A DNA stretch of 64,000 nt from Parcubacteria group bacterium (GTDB taxonomy: Bacteria; Patescibacteriota; Minisyncoccia; Phycocordibacterales; CALRHW01): NCBI GenBank assembly GCA_039740835.1, contig JBCLGW010000001.1, positions 27,640 to 91,639 of the forward strand. Direction: 5' to 3'. Each line of letters opens with the position of its first letter. Position 1 is the stretch's first letter. The position numbers and the translations under genes are program-made. Below are positions 50,842-60,245 of the stretch, piece after piece. The notes below the pieces were generated by a model. That model was not told where the DNA came from. It saw only the letters and a list, made by a program, of their open reading frames with translations, and did not search any database.

Positions 50842-50884
50842 TCCTTGCCAAAATATGGCTACCGTGATACATTAACCGCTACTT

Positions 50885-51337
50885 ATGAATACCCACAACA
50901 TAGCAATTTCACCAGTCTTTGCCGAGCGAAAAAAGCTTGATATTCGAGCTGGAGACAACGTAAAAGTTTGGCAGAAAATTCAAGAAAAAGGCAAAACACG
51001 TTTACAGCTTTTTGATGGTCTTGTTCTTGCGGTAAAACACGGAAAAGAAGCTGGAGGTACTTTTACAGTACGAAAGGTAGCTAGCGGAGTAGGGGTAGAG
51101 AAAATTTTCCCAATATATTCTCCAATGATTGACAAGATTGAGGTTGTAAAACGATCAAAGGTTCGCCGAAGCAAGCTCTATCACATCCGAGACCAAGCGG
51201 CAAAAGAAATTCGCCGACAAATGAGAAACTTGAGAATTATAAAACCAGTAGAGGATGATGCAGTAGAAACAGAATCGGCGACCTCAGCACCAGAAGCCGA
51301 AGTTGTCGCAGAAATTATTCCAGAAGAAACAAAATAA
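50885..51337 (+). CDS. rplS: 50S ribosomal protein L19
   Basis: GDNVKV, FTVRKVASGVGVEKIFP, KVRRSKLY. Confidence 0.96.
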   Translation: MNTHNIAISPVFAERKKLDIRAGDNVKVWQKIQEKGKTRLQLFDGLVLAVKHGKEAGGTFTVRKVASGVGVEKIFPIYSPMIDKIEVVKRSKVRRSKLYHIRDQAAKEIRRQMRNLRIIKPVEDDAVETESATSAPEAEVVAEIIPEETK

Positions 51338-51362
51338 AAAAACGGCCAAGCGCCGTTTTTTG
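51337..51362 (+). terminator. intrinsic terminator
   Basis: aaaaacggc-caagc-gccgtttttt. Confidence 0.8.
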
Positions 51363-51423
51363 TTTTCCTTGAAAATTATGTGTTAGTAGGGCATAATGAC
51401 GAAACAAAGGCGCTTGCCTTTAT

Positions 51424-51508
51424 GCCCGGGTGGAGAAATTGGTAGACTTACTACCTTGAGGTGGTAGCGCCGTAAGGCATGCAGGTTCGAGTCCTGTCCC
51501 GGGCACCA
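51424..51508 (+). tRNA. tRNA-Leu(GAG)
   Basis: GCCCGGG...CTACC-TTGAGGT-GGTAG, variable arm, CCCGGGC-ACCA. Confidence 0.93.
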
Positions 51509-51529
51509 GTGCGAGGTTGCGAGATGTAT

Positions 51530-51605
51530 GGTGGCTATGGTGTAACGGTTAACACTGGAGCTTGTGGAGCTCTCGATTCGGGTTCGATTCCCGATAGTCA
51601 CCCCA
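51530..51605 (+). tRNA. tRNA-His(GTG) with encoded G-1
   Basis: G-GTGGCTA...GAGC-TTGTGGA-GCTC...TAGTCAC-C-CCA. Confidence 0.93.
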
Positions 51606-51675
51606 TTTAAAAAAAGACTCTAGACTAGAAAAAATATGCTAAAGTCTAGAGTTTTTTTGTTATATACTTATCTTC

Positions 51676-52260
51676 ATGACTTTTGCATCTTATGTTCTTG
51701 ATTTTATTTCTAATTATGGATATCTTGCCGTTTTTGTTGGGTCTATTTTTGATGGAGAGAGTGTTGTTTTTTTAGCTGGTTTTTTTGCTCACGAAGGACG
51801 TCTATTTCTGCCTTTGGTAATTTTTTATGCTTGGCTTGGTGCAACTCTAAATGATTATTTTTGGTTTTTTCTCGGGCGTTATCGGGGTCAGCAAATTATA
51901 CAAAAATGGGCGTGGACAAAAAAACTCGGTGACAAGTCTGTGGGTATGTTAAACAAAAGCCCAGCTCTCGCATCATTTTTTGTTCGCTTTATGTACGGCT
52001 TACGAACAATTATTCCATTTGGTCTGGGTATGTCTGGTATTTCAGCGCGAACTTTTTTAATTTTTAATTCTCTTGGCGCATTCGTATGGGTTTTCTCGCT
52101 CTCTCTACTTGGATATGTACTCAGTGATACTCTGGAATCTTTTTTAGGAAAACTAAAACACTTTGAAATCGTACTTATCGTGATTGTCATCTTTGTTTTT
52201 GCGTGCATTCATTTTATGTTCAAGTGGATTCAACTTTTTATTAAAAAGGTTACAAAATAG
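51676..52260 (+). CDS. DedA family membrane protein
   Basis: YGYLAVFVGSIFDGE, RFMYGLR, G.SG...F. Confidence 0.88.
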   Translation: MTFASYVLDFISNYGYLAVFVGSIFDGESVVFLAGFFAHEGRLFLPLVIFYAWLGATLNDYFWFFLGRYRGQQIIQKWAWTKKLGDKSVGMLNKSPALASFFVRFMYGLRTIIPFGLGMSGISARTFLIFNSLGAFVWVFSLSLLGYVLSDTLESFLGKLKHFEIVLIVIVIFVFACIHFMFKWIQLFIKKVTK

Positions 52261-52283
52261 TTTTTCTGTGTACTATATATAGT

Positions 52284-53153
52284 ATGAATCATAAAATACT
52301 CATCATACAGAGGGAAAAGGACTATGAGCTCATAGACTCAGGCGACGGTGAAAAGCTTGAACGCTACGGGGCGTTTATTTTGTCTCGTCCAGACCCGCAG
52401 GCACTATGGCCCAAAAATCTACCGAAAGAGTGGGAGCGGGCTAGTGGTGTTTTTGTGAGAAATGCAGAAAAAGCTTGTTGGAAAATGAAACCCAATGTCC
52501 CGAAAGATTGGCAGATAGAGCTTGGGGGTTTGCATTTTATTATTTCTCCAACATCTTTCAAGCACACCGGACTTTTTCCAGAACAAGCGAGCAACTGGAA
52601 ATGGATAAGTGAGCGTATCGCGGGTGAAAAAAGAAAAGTCAGTGTGCTCAATCTTTTTGGTTACACTGGTGGTGCGACATTGGCTTGCGCAAAAGCTGGT
52701 GCTGAAGTCACACATATTGATGGTTCAAAAAGCGCAATCACATGGGCAAAGGATAATGCTTTTGCTTCAGGTCTCGCTGACGCTCCAGTACGCTGGATAC
52801 TAGATGATTGTCGTAAGTTTGTGGCACGAGAAATAAAACGTGGAAAAAAGTACGACGCTATCATAATGGATCCGCCAGCTTTTGGTCATGGCGCAGGAAA
52901 GGAGATTTGGAAAATAGAAGAGCATCTGCCAGAGCTTTTAGGTATGTGCAGGAAAATCCTCAGCGATGACCCTTTATTTTTCCTAATAAACGGCTATGCT
53001 TCGGGCTATTCTGCTATTGCTTATGCAAACAATGTTCTGCACTTGATGCAGGATTTTTCTGGTGAAATAGAAATGGGGGAGCTTGCAATAAAAGAATCAA
53101 AAAGTGAGCGCCTGCTCCCTTGTGGCATATTTGCGCGTTGGCAAAAAAAGTAA
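52284..53153 (+). CDS. class I SAM-dependent methyltransferase (RlmI/K-like)
   Basis: HTGLFPEQ, VLNLFGYTG, MDPPAFG. Confidence 0.85.
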   Translation: MNHKILIIQREKDYELIDSGDGEKLERYGAFILSRPDPQALWPKNLPKEWERASGVFVRNAEKACWKMKPNVPKDWQIELGGLHFIISPTSFKHTGLFPEQASNWKWISERIAGEKRKVSVLNLFGYTGGATLACAKAGAEVTHIDGSKSAITWAKDNAFASGLADAPVRWILDDCRKFVAREIKRGKKYDAIIMDPPAFGHGAGKEIWKIEEHLPELLGMCRKILSDDPLFFLINGYASGYSAIAYANNVLHLMQDFSGEIEMGELAIKESKSERLLPCGIFARWQKK

Positions 53154-53776
53154 TGACTGAAAAACAAAGACAAAAAAAGTTTTTTCTATATTCTGTCGGC
53201 GCATTTCTCTCATGTGTCGCGCTAGGGTTTTTTGTGTCACGCGGATTTGTGTCCGACCTTGACCAAGGAGTACTTTCTTTTGTAAAACAAATTCGTACAC
53301 CACTCCTTACTTCAATAATGGTTTTTATCACAAACATCGCCAGTCCGATTTCACTTTATATTCTCTCGGCCGTTTCTTTTGTTGTTCTTGTTTCGTTAAA
53401 TAAAATCCGAGAAAGTTTTGAATTTGTTGCAGCAATGGTTTTTGGTGTCACCATTTTTTCTATATTAAAAAATATTTTTGATGTTGTGAGACCTTTTGGT
53501 GGTATCACCAACGCCTCGGGTTTTGGTTTTCCAAGCGGACACGTTACGATGTCGACAATTATTTTTCTGATTATGACATATGTTTGCGCTAGTTTTTTTG
53601 CGAGAAAATTATACAAAAATCTTTACATCCTAGCATCTTTCTTTATCGTAATTCTCATTGCTTTTAGCCGTATTTATCTCGACGTACATTGGCTAAGCGA
53701 CATTTTTGGAGGCTTATTTTTTGGCCTAAGTGTCGTTTTCCTTTTCATCGCCCTCTCTAAAAATTCAAAAACATAA
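53153..53776 (+). CDS. PAP2 family membrane phosphatase
   Basis: K......RP, FPSGH, SRIYLDVHWLSD. Confidence 0.9.
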   Translation: MTEKQRQKKFFLYSVGAFLSCVALGFFVSRGFVSDLDQGVLSFVKQIRTPLLTSIMVFITNIASPISLYILSAVSFVVLVSLNKIRESFEFVAAMVFGVTIFSILKNIFDVVRPFGGITNASGFGFPSGHVTMSTIIFLIMTYVCASFFARKLYKNLYILASFFIVILIAFSRIYLDVHWLSDIFGGLFFGLSVVFLFIALSKNSKT

Positions 53777-54624
53777 TGCTTTTACTTGATGGCAAAATTG
53801 CTCGAGATTATTTTTCTTCCGAGCTTCAAAAAACTATTGCTAACTTGGAACAAAAACCATGCCTCGCTATCATTCAAGTAGGCGAGCGTGAAGAATCTAG
53901 TGCGTACATAAAACAGAAAAAAATATTTGGCGAAAAAATCGGCGCCACTGTAAAACACATTTTGTTACCAGAAAATGTTTCTGAAGATGATGTTTGCGAT
54001 AGAATTCAAGATTTAAACACAGATGAGTCTGTACACGGCATTATCGTTCAGCTTCCTTTGCCCGCACATATCGACAAAAACAACGTCATTCAAATCATTG
54101 ATCCGATAAAAGATATTGACGGTCTGACTTCTGTAAATATAAAACTTCTTTGGAGCAAAATGTCTGGACATGTTCCAGCAACAGCGCGGGGCATCATTAC
54201 ACTTCTTGAATATTACAAAATTCCGATAAAAGGAAAAAAGGTGGTCGTGGTGGGGCGGTCTGATCTAGTCGGCAAACCCACAGCGATTATTTTTTTAAAC
54301 AAGGGAGCGATAGTGACGGTATGTCATAGAGAGACGATAGATTTGCCAACAGAAACAAAACGCGCAGATATTTTGATAGTCGCAACAGGAAAACACGGAC
54401 TCATTACAAAAGACTTTGTTTCTGTGGGGCAGGTAGTAGTAGATGTCGGTATAAGTGTTTTGTCGGATAAAAGACTGGTGGGCGATGTGGTATTTGATGA
54501 TGTAAAAAACATTGTATCTGCTATTTCTCCTGTACCGGGTGGAGTGGGGCCAATGACCGTACTTTCTCTTTTTCAAAATCTTTTAGACGCATATTTTATG
54601 CAGGGACACAAAATAGAACTGTAA
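53776..54624 (+). CDS. folD: methylene-THF dehydrogenase/cyclohydrolase
   Basis: GIIVQLPLP, KDIDG, GRSDLVGKP, PVPGGVGPMT. Confidence 0.95.
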   Translation: MLLLDGKIARDYFSSELQKTIANLEQKPCLAIIQVGEREESSAYIKQKKIFGEKIGATVKHILLPENVSEDDVCDRIQDLNTDESVHGIIVQLPLPAHIDKNNVIQIIDPIKDIDGLTSVNIKLLWSKMSGHVPATARGIITLLEYYKIPIKGKKVVVVGRSDLVGKPTAIIFLNKGAIVTVCHRETIDLPTETKRADILIVATGKHGLITKDFVSVGQVVVDVGISVLSDKRLVGDVVFDDVKNIVSAISPVPGGVGPMTVLSLFQNLLDAYFMQGHKIEL

Positions 54625-54692
54625 GCTTTCTCTACCTTTCTCGTCTAAATAGGGTACAATTTAAATAATTATCAATTTAATTTTTATTTTAT

Positions 54693-55514
54693 ATGTTTGA
54701 TAACAATACAGATGCAGGCAAAAGAACGCACAAGCTAGTCATGATTTTGGTGGTGTTTTTTATAATCTTTTTAGGAGCTCAGACATTACGCACGCTTGGA
54801 GGCGCGGGCGGCGTTTTTGGTATCGATGGTATCGATGGTATCAATGGTAGCGAGAAAAACTCTATAAGTGTTTCTGGTAAGGGCGAGCTTGTGGTTTTGC
54901 CTGATATTGCAACTATAACTTTTGCTGTTGTTGAGCAAGCAAAGACAGTAGCTGAAGCACAGAGCAAAGCTACATCAAAAATGAATTTCACTCTTGATTC
55001 ATTAAAGGCGCTCGGTATTGAGGAGAGGGATATAAAAACTACAGATTACAATGCATATCCTAGATACGAATATTTCACTCAGGTTTGTACTCAGTATAGT
55101 TGTCCGCCGTCAGGAGGTCAGACTATTGTTGGCTATGAAGTGCGACAAAGTATTTTGGTAAAGATTCGAAAGATAGAGGACGCTCCAAATGTTTTGGCTA
55201 CTATCGGCAAGGCAGGAGTATCTGATATCAGCGGACTAAACTTTACAGTAGACAATCAAGATGAAAAACTACAGGAAGCTCGACGGCTTGCTATTGAAGA
55301 TGCAAAAGCTCAAGCAAAAACCCTTGCAAAAGATTTGGGAGTAAAGCTCGGAGATATTATAAGTTTCAGTGAATCAGGAGACTATCCTATGCTAATGTAT
55401 TCTACAAGAGATATGATTGGGGGAATGGGGGGCTCTGTAGAATCTGCCCCACAACTTCCGACTGGTGAAAACAAGATAATTTCTAATGTGACTATTACGT
55501 ACGAGATTAGGTAG
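54693..55514 (+). CDS. SIMPL/DUF541 domain protein
   Basis: ISVSGKGE...PDIA, AIEDAKAQA..LA, GENKIISNVTITYEI; short GGTATCGAT (GID) tandem. Confidence 0.88.
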   Translation: MFDNNTDAGKRTHKLVMILVVFFIIFLGAQTLRTLGGAGGVFGIDGIDGINGSEKNSISVSGKGELVVLPDIATITFAVVEQAKTVAEAQSKATSKMNFTLDSLKALGIEERDIKTTDYNAYPRYEYFTQVCTQYSCPPSGGQTIVGYEVRQSILVKIRKIEDAPNVLATIGKAGVSDISGLNFTVDNQDEKLQEARRLAIEDAKAQAKTLAKDLGVKLGDIISFSESGDYPMLMYSTRDMIGGMGGSVESAPQLPTGENKIISNVTITYEIR

Positions 55515-55606
55515 TCTTAGCCAAAAAATAAAAAGTGTCTAAAAAGAGTACGCGTAAAACGCTGGTGCGTTTTCGCTCCGTCTCGGCTACCCGCCTGCTA
55601 AAACTC

Positions 55607-55635
55607 TTGACATACGACTAATAAGAGTGTATAAT
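55607..55635 (+). promoter_or_regulatory. perfect consensus sigma70 promoter
   Basis: TTGACA-17 bp-TATAAT with extended TG. Confidence 0.85.
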
Positions 55636-55806
55636 AGTAGTATAAGTTCTTTGATACAAACTTGTAAGTGGTCATAGCCAAAAGAGCCTTATTTTTGGGC
55701 TTTCCTGGCTATGACCACCAACGTCGGTGGTACTAGCTTTTGTTGCCACAATTCGTGGCATTGTGTCCAATGGGCACAAATAAATACCGACTATTAGTCG
55801 GAGAAA

Positions 55807-56412
55807 ATGGAAAGTACTATGTCTATAGTGAAGTCTACAATGAAGTATGCGGATGTAAATTTGGGGTTTGTTGAGGGGGTACTGAATAAACTCGGGGGAA
55901 TTGAAGGAGCTGAAAGGTTTCTTCGTGGAGAATTTATTCTCACCCAGTCCTCAGTGGTTTTATGTATCGTGGACGGCAACGCCGAGCCCCTCTTACAAAA
56001 AGGATGTATAATAGTTGAGCACGACAAGCAGGGTAATCTCACGCTCAAGCGTGAAGGCGACAATCTTTTGGTTAACGGAAGGAAGATTGAATTTTATCTT
56101 TCCGAAGACCAACAGAAAGGACACAGCATTTCTGGTTACAAACTCCAAAAGGAACTAGCAATGAAACCGGTTCTCAACTCCAACCTTCTTGATGGCTTAC
56201 TGGCTAATCCAGAGCTCATCCCAGAAAGTTACAAGAAGGACGCAGATGGCGAAACTCGTCTCATCTACTTTTGGGGAACTGTCTACCGTACCTCCTCCGG
56301 CTTCCTCTGTGTTCGTTACCTGTATTGGGGCAACGGTGAGTGGCGCTGGAGCAACCGTTGGGTTGGTGGAGACTGGTTCTATAACCAACCTGCGGCCTTG
56401 CTCGCAAGTTAG
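55807..56412 (+). CDS. putative DGR-type variable target protein (C-terminal VR-like region 56281-56412)
   Basis: VRYLYWGNGEWRWSNRWVGGDWFYNQPAALLAS; NNC/NNT codons between invariant Trp codons. Confidence 0.6.
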   Translation: MESTMSIVKSTMKYADVNLGFVEGVLNKLGGIEGAERFLRGEFILTQSSVVLCIVDGNAEPLLQKGCIIVEHDKQGNLTLKREGDNLLVNGRKIEFYLSEDQQKGHSISGYKLQKELAMKPVLNSNLLDGLLANPELIPESYKKDADGETRLIYFWGTVYRTSSGFLCVRYLYWGNGEWRWSNRWVGGDWFYNQPAALLAS

Positions 56413-56497
56413 TGCTTCGGACTTTGTTCCTTGAGTCTTTTTGATTATTTGAACTTAGTCCTTCGCAAACGCTTTGAAGAATAGCGTCTTAAACTTC

Positions 56498-56531
56498 AAC
56501 CTCATACAGCGATGTGTGAGGTTTTACTTTT
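56498..56531 (+). terminator. intrinsic terminator
   Basis: aacctcataca-gcga-tgtgtgaggtttt. Confidence 0.7.
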
Positions 56532-56740
56532 GTATATGATAAAATATTGAACGGCAGTAGGTGAATATGCGGTAGATTAAGATTTCTCACTACCGAGACC
56601 AATATCCGCAAGTTGAGATCGCCTGCGATTACGGTTTCAGACGGACAAAATCATTTGACACATTTTAAAAAAAGAGTATTATTGTATTTGTAACGCCTCT
56701 GGGGCGTTTTTTAGTAGGGGAATTAAACTCCGCAAAATCT

Positions 56741-56920
56741 ATGAAAATTATTGATTACATCAAAGATACACGAGCAGAATTAAAGCATGTTAGCTGGCCA
56801 TCACGTCGGTTGACTATTGTTTATACTATTATCGTTATCCTTATTTCTCTTGCAACCGCAATCTTTCTCGGTTTTTTTGATTTTGTATTCGCAGAAATTT
56901 TAGCAAAATTTGTTATTTAA
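56741..56920 (+). CDS. secE: preprotein translocase SecE (not in ORF track)
   Basis: YIKDTRAELKHVSWPSRR plus TM; upstream of nusG; promoter TTGACA-17-TATTAT at 56655. Confidence 0.93.
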   Translation: MKIIDYIKDTRAELKHVSWPSRRLTIVYTIIVILISLATAIFLGFFDFVFAEILAKFVI

Positions 56921-56951
56921 GTTGGAACACTTTTTAGTGTTTTAAACATAT

Positions 56952-57497
56952 ATGTCAAGACAAAAAATACAAGAAGGTCGCAATTGGTACGTCATTCATA
57001 CATACGCTGGCTATGAAAACGCAGTGATGCGAAATCTCAAACAGCGTATTGAGTCTCTAGGCATGGAAGACAAAATTTTTAACGTCATTGTGCCGACTGA
57101 AAAAAAGATAAAAATCAAAGGTGGTAAAAGAGTGGAGGAGGAAGAGAAAATATATCCAGGATATATTCTTGTAGATATGACAGTGACTGACGACTCATGG
57201 TATGTTGTGCGGAACACTCCGCGCGTGACTGGCTTTGTGGGCTCTGGCGTATATCCTGTGCCGATTGATAAAAAGGAAGTTGAGGATCTTTTCAAACGAA
57301 TGAATGCTGACACAACTAAATACAACATTGACCTAGCTCCTGAAGACGCGGTAAAGATAGTAGACGGTCCATTTAAAGACCTAGAAGGAAAGGTGGGTGA
57401 GGTAGATAATGAGCGAGGCAAGGTAAAAGTGCTCGTGGCAATGTTTGGTCGCGAAACTCCAGTCGAGCTTGATTTCTTGCAAGTAAAGAAGATTTAA
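56952..57497 (+). CDS. nusG: transcription factor NusG
   Basis: WYVIHTYAGYE, YPGYILV, MFGRETPVEL. Confidence 0.96.
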   Translation: MSRQKIQEGRNWYVIHTYAGYENAVMRNLKQRIESLGMEDKIFNVIVPTEKKIKIKGGKRVEEEEKIYPGYILVDMTVTDDSWYVVRNTPRVTGFVGSGVYPVPIDKKEVEDLFKRMNADTTKYNIDLAPEDAVKIVDGPFKDLEGKVGEVDNERGKVKVLVAMFGRETPVELDFLQVKKI

Positions 57498-57518
57498 GAT
57501 AAGGTAATTTACACATAT

Positions 57519-57944
57519 ATGGCAAAGAAAATAACAAAAAAATTAAAGCTAGTTATCGCTGCAGGTAAGGCAACTCCAGCTCCACCAGTGGGTCCGGCTC
57601 TTGGTCAGGCGGGTATAAACATTGGCGAGTTTGTAAAGCAGTTTAACGACAAGACAAAAGGTATGATGGGTGACATCGTGCCCGTCGCCATTACTGTTTA
57701 CGAAGACCGAACTTTCTCTTTTGTATTAAAAACTCCTCCAGCTTCAAGTCTTATTTTAAAAGCTATCGGTGCTGAAAAAGGTTCTGGTACAAACAAGACT
57801 AAAAAAGTAGGGAAGATAAGCAAGGCTCAAATCCGCGAGATAGCAGAAAAGAAAATGGTGGATCTAAATGCTCACAATATAGACGCTGCAGTAAAGATTA
57901 TTGCTGGCTCAGCGCGGTCAATGGGAGTGGAGGTGGAAGGTTAA
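57519..57944 (+). CDS. rplK: 50S ribosomal protein L11
   Basis: [23 protein letters not shown]. Confidence 0.97.
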   Translation: MAKKITKKLKLVIAAGKATPAPPVGPALGQAGINIGEFVKQFNDKTKGMMGDIVPVAITVYEDRTFSFVLKTPPASSLILKAIGAEKGSGTNKTKKVGKISKAQIREIAEKKMVDLNAHNIDAAVKIIAGSARSMGVEVEG

Positions 57945-57962
57945 AAATCAAAAGAAAAAACT

Positions 57963-58679
57963 ATGAGAGAATCTTTTCCAAAACATGACTCCGGCACCAC
58001 GGGGGTTCTATTTGAGCATGAAGTTTGGGGAGATAAAATAAATATTCCAAATTGGAATTTTAAGGAGGCAGTAGACTTAAAGATATCAGGAAATATATCG
58101 GAATACATTAAGCGTATTGTTCAAACACTTATGAGCTCTGGTTTTATTAAAGGAAACTCTGTAGAAGAGGCGACAAAAAATTATAAAAGGCTTAAACCCC
58201 AAGAACAAAAAGAATTATTACTTGAACACGCAACAAAATTTCAACCAGAAAAATGGGACTCAGAAAATCCTAACACCGATAAAAAACACGCAATTTTAGG
58301 AGCTCTTCATGAAGCGGTTGATGAATATATTTTAAATAGAGCTGACGAAGAAGATATTCTTTTAAATGACCTAGACAGAGTTCATTGTTATAATCTTTTG
58401 CAATCTCCAGTAGATATTGCATTTGGTTCAGATGGGGTTTTTAAATTTGGGGGTGTTTGGGTAACAGTTGATACTACGAAAAATTCACAAAAAAATGAAC
58501 GTAATGACATAAGAGAGTTACGTTCAGTAATTTTTAGAGACGAGGGTCTACTTGACGAGGATGGAAATATTCAAAAAGAGGTGATAAAAAGAACCGCAAA
58601 AATTATCGGGAATGATTTGTTTGAAGGATATTGTTTGCAAAATGGAATAGACAGAAAGTCGCTTGAAAAGGCGGCATAG
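57963..58679 (+). CDS. hypothetical protein (possible PD-(D/E)xK-like core)
   Basis: SPVDIAFGSDGVF...VTVDTTKN. Confidence 0.6.
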   Translation: MRESFPKHDSGTTGVLFEHEVWGDKINIPNWNFKEAVDLKISGNISEYIKRIVQTLMSSGFIKGNSVEEATKNYKRLKPQEQKELLLEHATKFQPEKWDSENPNTDKKHAILGALHEAVDEYILNRADEEDILLNDLDRVHCYNLLQSPVDIAFGSDGVFKFGGVWVTVDTTKNSQKNERNDIRELRSVIFRDEGLLDEDGNIQKEVIKRTAKIIGNDLFEGYCLQNGIDRKSLEKAA

Positions 58680-58726
58680 TTGCGTTTTTTCTAAAATGTG
58701 CTATAGTACTTGTGGAGGTATTTTTC

Positions 58727-58975
58727 ATGCAGTATGTAGTTATTTGTGAGAAATGTAGGCGAAACAATCGTGTTGTTAGCCTTGAAGTCCTTTCTTTTTT
58801 TGCCAAACCAGAGGAACAGCAATTTATCCGCACGGCTAGAGAAATAGAAGATGCAAATCTTCCAGACACCCTTGGGGTGGCGTTGCGGTTTGATGCTGAT
58901 GGCTGTGAGAAGTGTTCAGAAAACAGATCACTTAAGTTTGAGGTCATTCGAATTAAAACGAAGACCAGTGCTTAA
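58727..58975 (+). CDS. small zinc-binding protein
   Basis: CEKC...CEKC. Confidence 0.6.
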   Translation: MQYVVICEKCRRNNRVVSLEVLSFFAKPEEQQFIRTAREIEDANLPDTLGVALRFDADGCEKCSENRSLKFEVIRIKTKTSA

Positions 58976-59011
58976 AACACCAACAGAACTACGGAGTTCT
59001 GTTGGTGTTTT
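58975..59011 (+). terminator. long-stem terminator
   Basis: aaacaccaacagaact-acgg-agttctgttggtgttt. Confidence 0.8.
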
Positions 59012-59051
59012 CTTTTGATTTTTATTCAGACATCCTACATAATTGGTTTAT

Positions 59052-60161
59052 ATGACCGCACGGCAAAAAGACAAAAAACTCGGAGCATTACCTTTTCAAA
59101 TGATTTCTTTGCTTGTTTTAAAGGGCTCTATAAAAGGTTCGGTGCTACAAAATATAAAACCAGCGTCGCTTGACCTTTCTATTTCAGATGAGATATATAA
59201 AGTTGAAGGGATTTTTGCGCCAAAAGTAAATGAAACTGTGCGCGATGTGCTTTCTCAAATAAAAAAAAGTAAACACAGTATTGGCAAACCACTTTTAAAC
59301 GGAAATGTTTATGTTGTGCGTTTAAACGAAACTCTTGCACTGCCAAAAAATATTTACGCATATTGCAATCCAAAATCTACCAGTGGCAGAATAGATACTC
59401 ACGTGCGCCTCATTGCCGACGGCATGTCTCGATACGATTCTCTAAACGCTGGTTTCAAAGGCGAGCTTTGGGTTTCTGTAATACCCCAATCTTTTCCGAT
59501 AAAAGTATACAAAGGACTTTGTCTAAATCAGCTAAGGTTTTTTAACGGAGATACCCGTGTGACCGAAAGTGAGCTCGACGAAATAATGAAAAAACACAAA
59601 CTTGTCTGGAGACAAAAAGACGGCAAAGCTTATTCTTATGACGATATAAAAATCCGTGATAACGACGGGTCACTCATACTCACCCTCGATCTAGAACACG
59701 AAGTCCTTGGTTTTGAAAGCATCGCATCAAAAACTCCAGTAGACCTTTCAAAGATTGCTTTTTATGATGCAAAGAAATTTTTTAAACCTGTAAAAAAGAA
59801 AAATGGATATTTATATTTAAAAAAAGATTCATTTTATATTCTCTCTACTTTTGAATTAGTGCGTGTGCCACCAGATCTAGCATGCGAAATGATGCCTATG
59901 GACGAGCGTAGCGGAGATTTCAGGTCACACTATGCTGGCTTTATTGACCCAGGATGGGGTTGGGGAAAAAATGGCGAGGGAAAGGGGCGCACGCTTACAC
60001 TTGAAGTGCGACCATTTGAGGATTTGATAGTCCGACAAGGTCAGCCGATAGGAAAGATAAGATTTGAACATATGGCTGTCGCGCCAAAAGAAGCATATGA
60101 TAGTGTTTCTTCAAACTATGTAAAACAATCTGGGCCAAAATTAGCAAAACATTTTAAATAA
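59052..60161 (+). CDS. dcd: dCTP deaminase, long two-domain type
   Basis: PASLDL, NPKSTSGRID, RSHYAGFIDPGWG, LEVRP. Confidence 0.85.
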   Translation: MTARQKDKKLGALPFQMISLLVLKGSIKGSVLQNIKPASLDLSISDEIYKVEGIFAPKVNETVRDVLSQIKKSKHSIGKPLLNGNVYVVRLNETLALPKNIYAYCNPKSTSGRIDTHVRLIADGMSRYDSLNAGFKGELWVSVIPQSFPIKVYKGLCLNQLRFFNGDTRVTESELDEIMKKHKLVWRQKDGKAYSYDDIKIRDNDGSLILTLDLEHEVLGFESIASKTPVDLSKIAFYDAKKFFKPVKKKNGYLYLKKDSFYILSTFELVRVPPDLACEMMPMDERSGDFRSHYAGFIDPGWGWGKNGEGKGRTLTLEVRPFEDLIVRQGQPIGKIRFEHMAVAPKEAYDSVSSNYVKQSGPKLAKHFK

Positions 60162-60245
60162 AAGTTGTCATGCAAAAAGGTTTTCTCGCTAAAGCGCGAT
60201 TACGCTAACCCGCTCGAAGACCTTTTTGCATGACAACTTTTATTT
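60156..60245. repeat. 25-bp perfect inverted repeat joining convergent dcd and folA
   Basis: aaataaaagttgtcatgcaaaaagg ... cctttttgcatgacaacttttattt. Confidence 0.9.

Noticed and set aside
51383-51601. 72-aa minus-strand ORF
   Set aside because: It is the antisense of tRNA-Leu and tRNA-His.
54818-54848. GGTATCGAT tandem repeat as a phase-variation locus
   Set aside because: In-frame 9-bp unit in a flexible linker; it cannot shift the frame.
55664-55722. 5S rRNA (GTGGTCATAGC start)
   Set aside because: Lacks the CCGAAC loop and the rest of the 5S fold; it is a simple hairpin.
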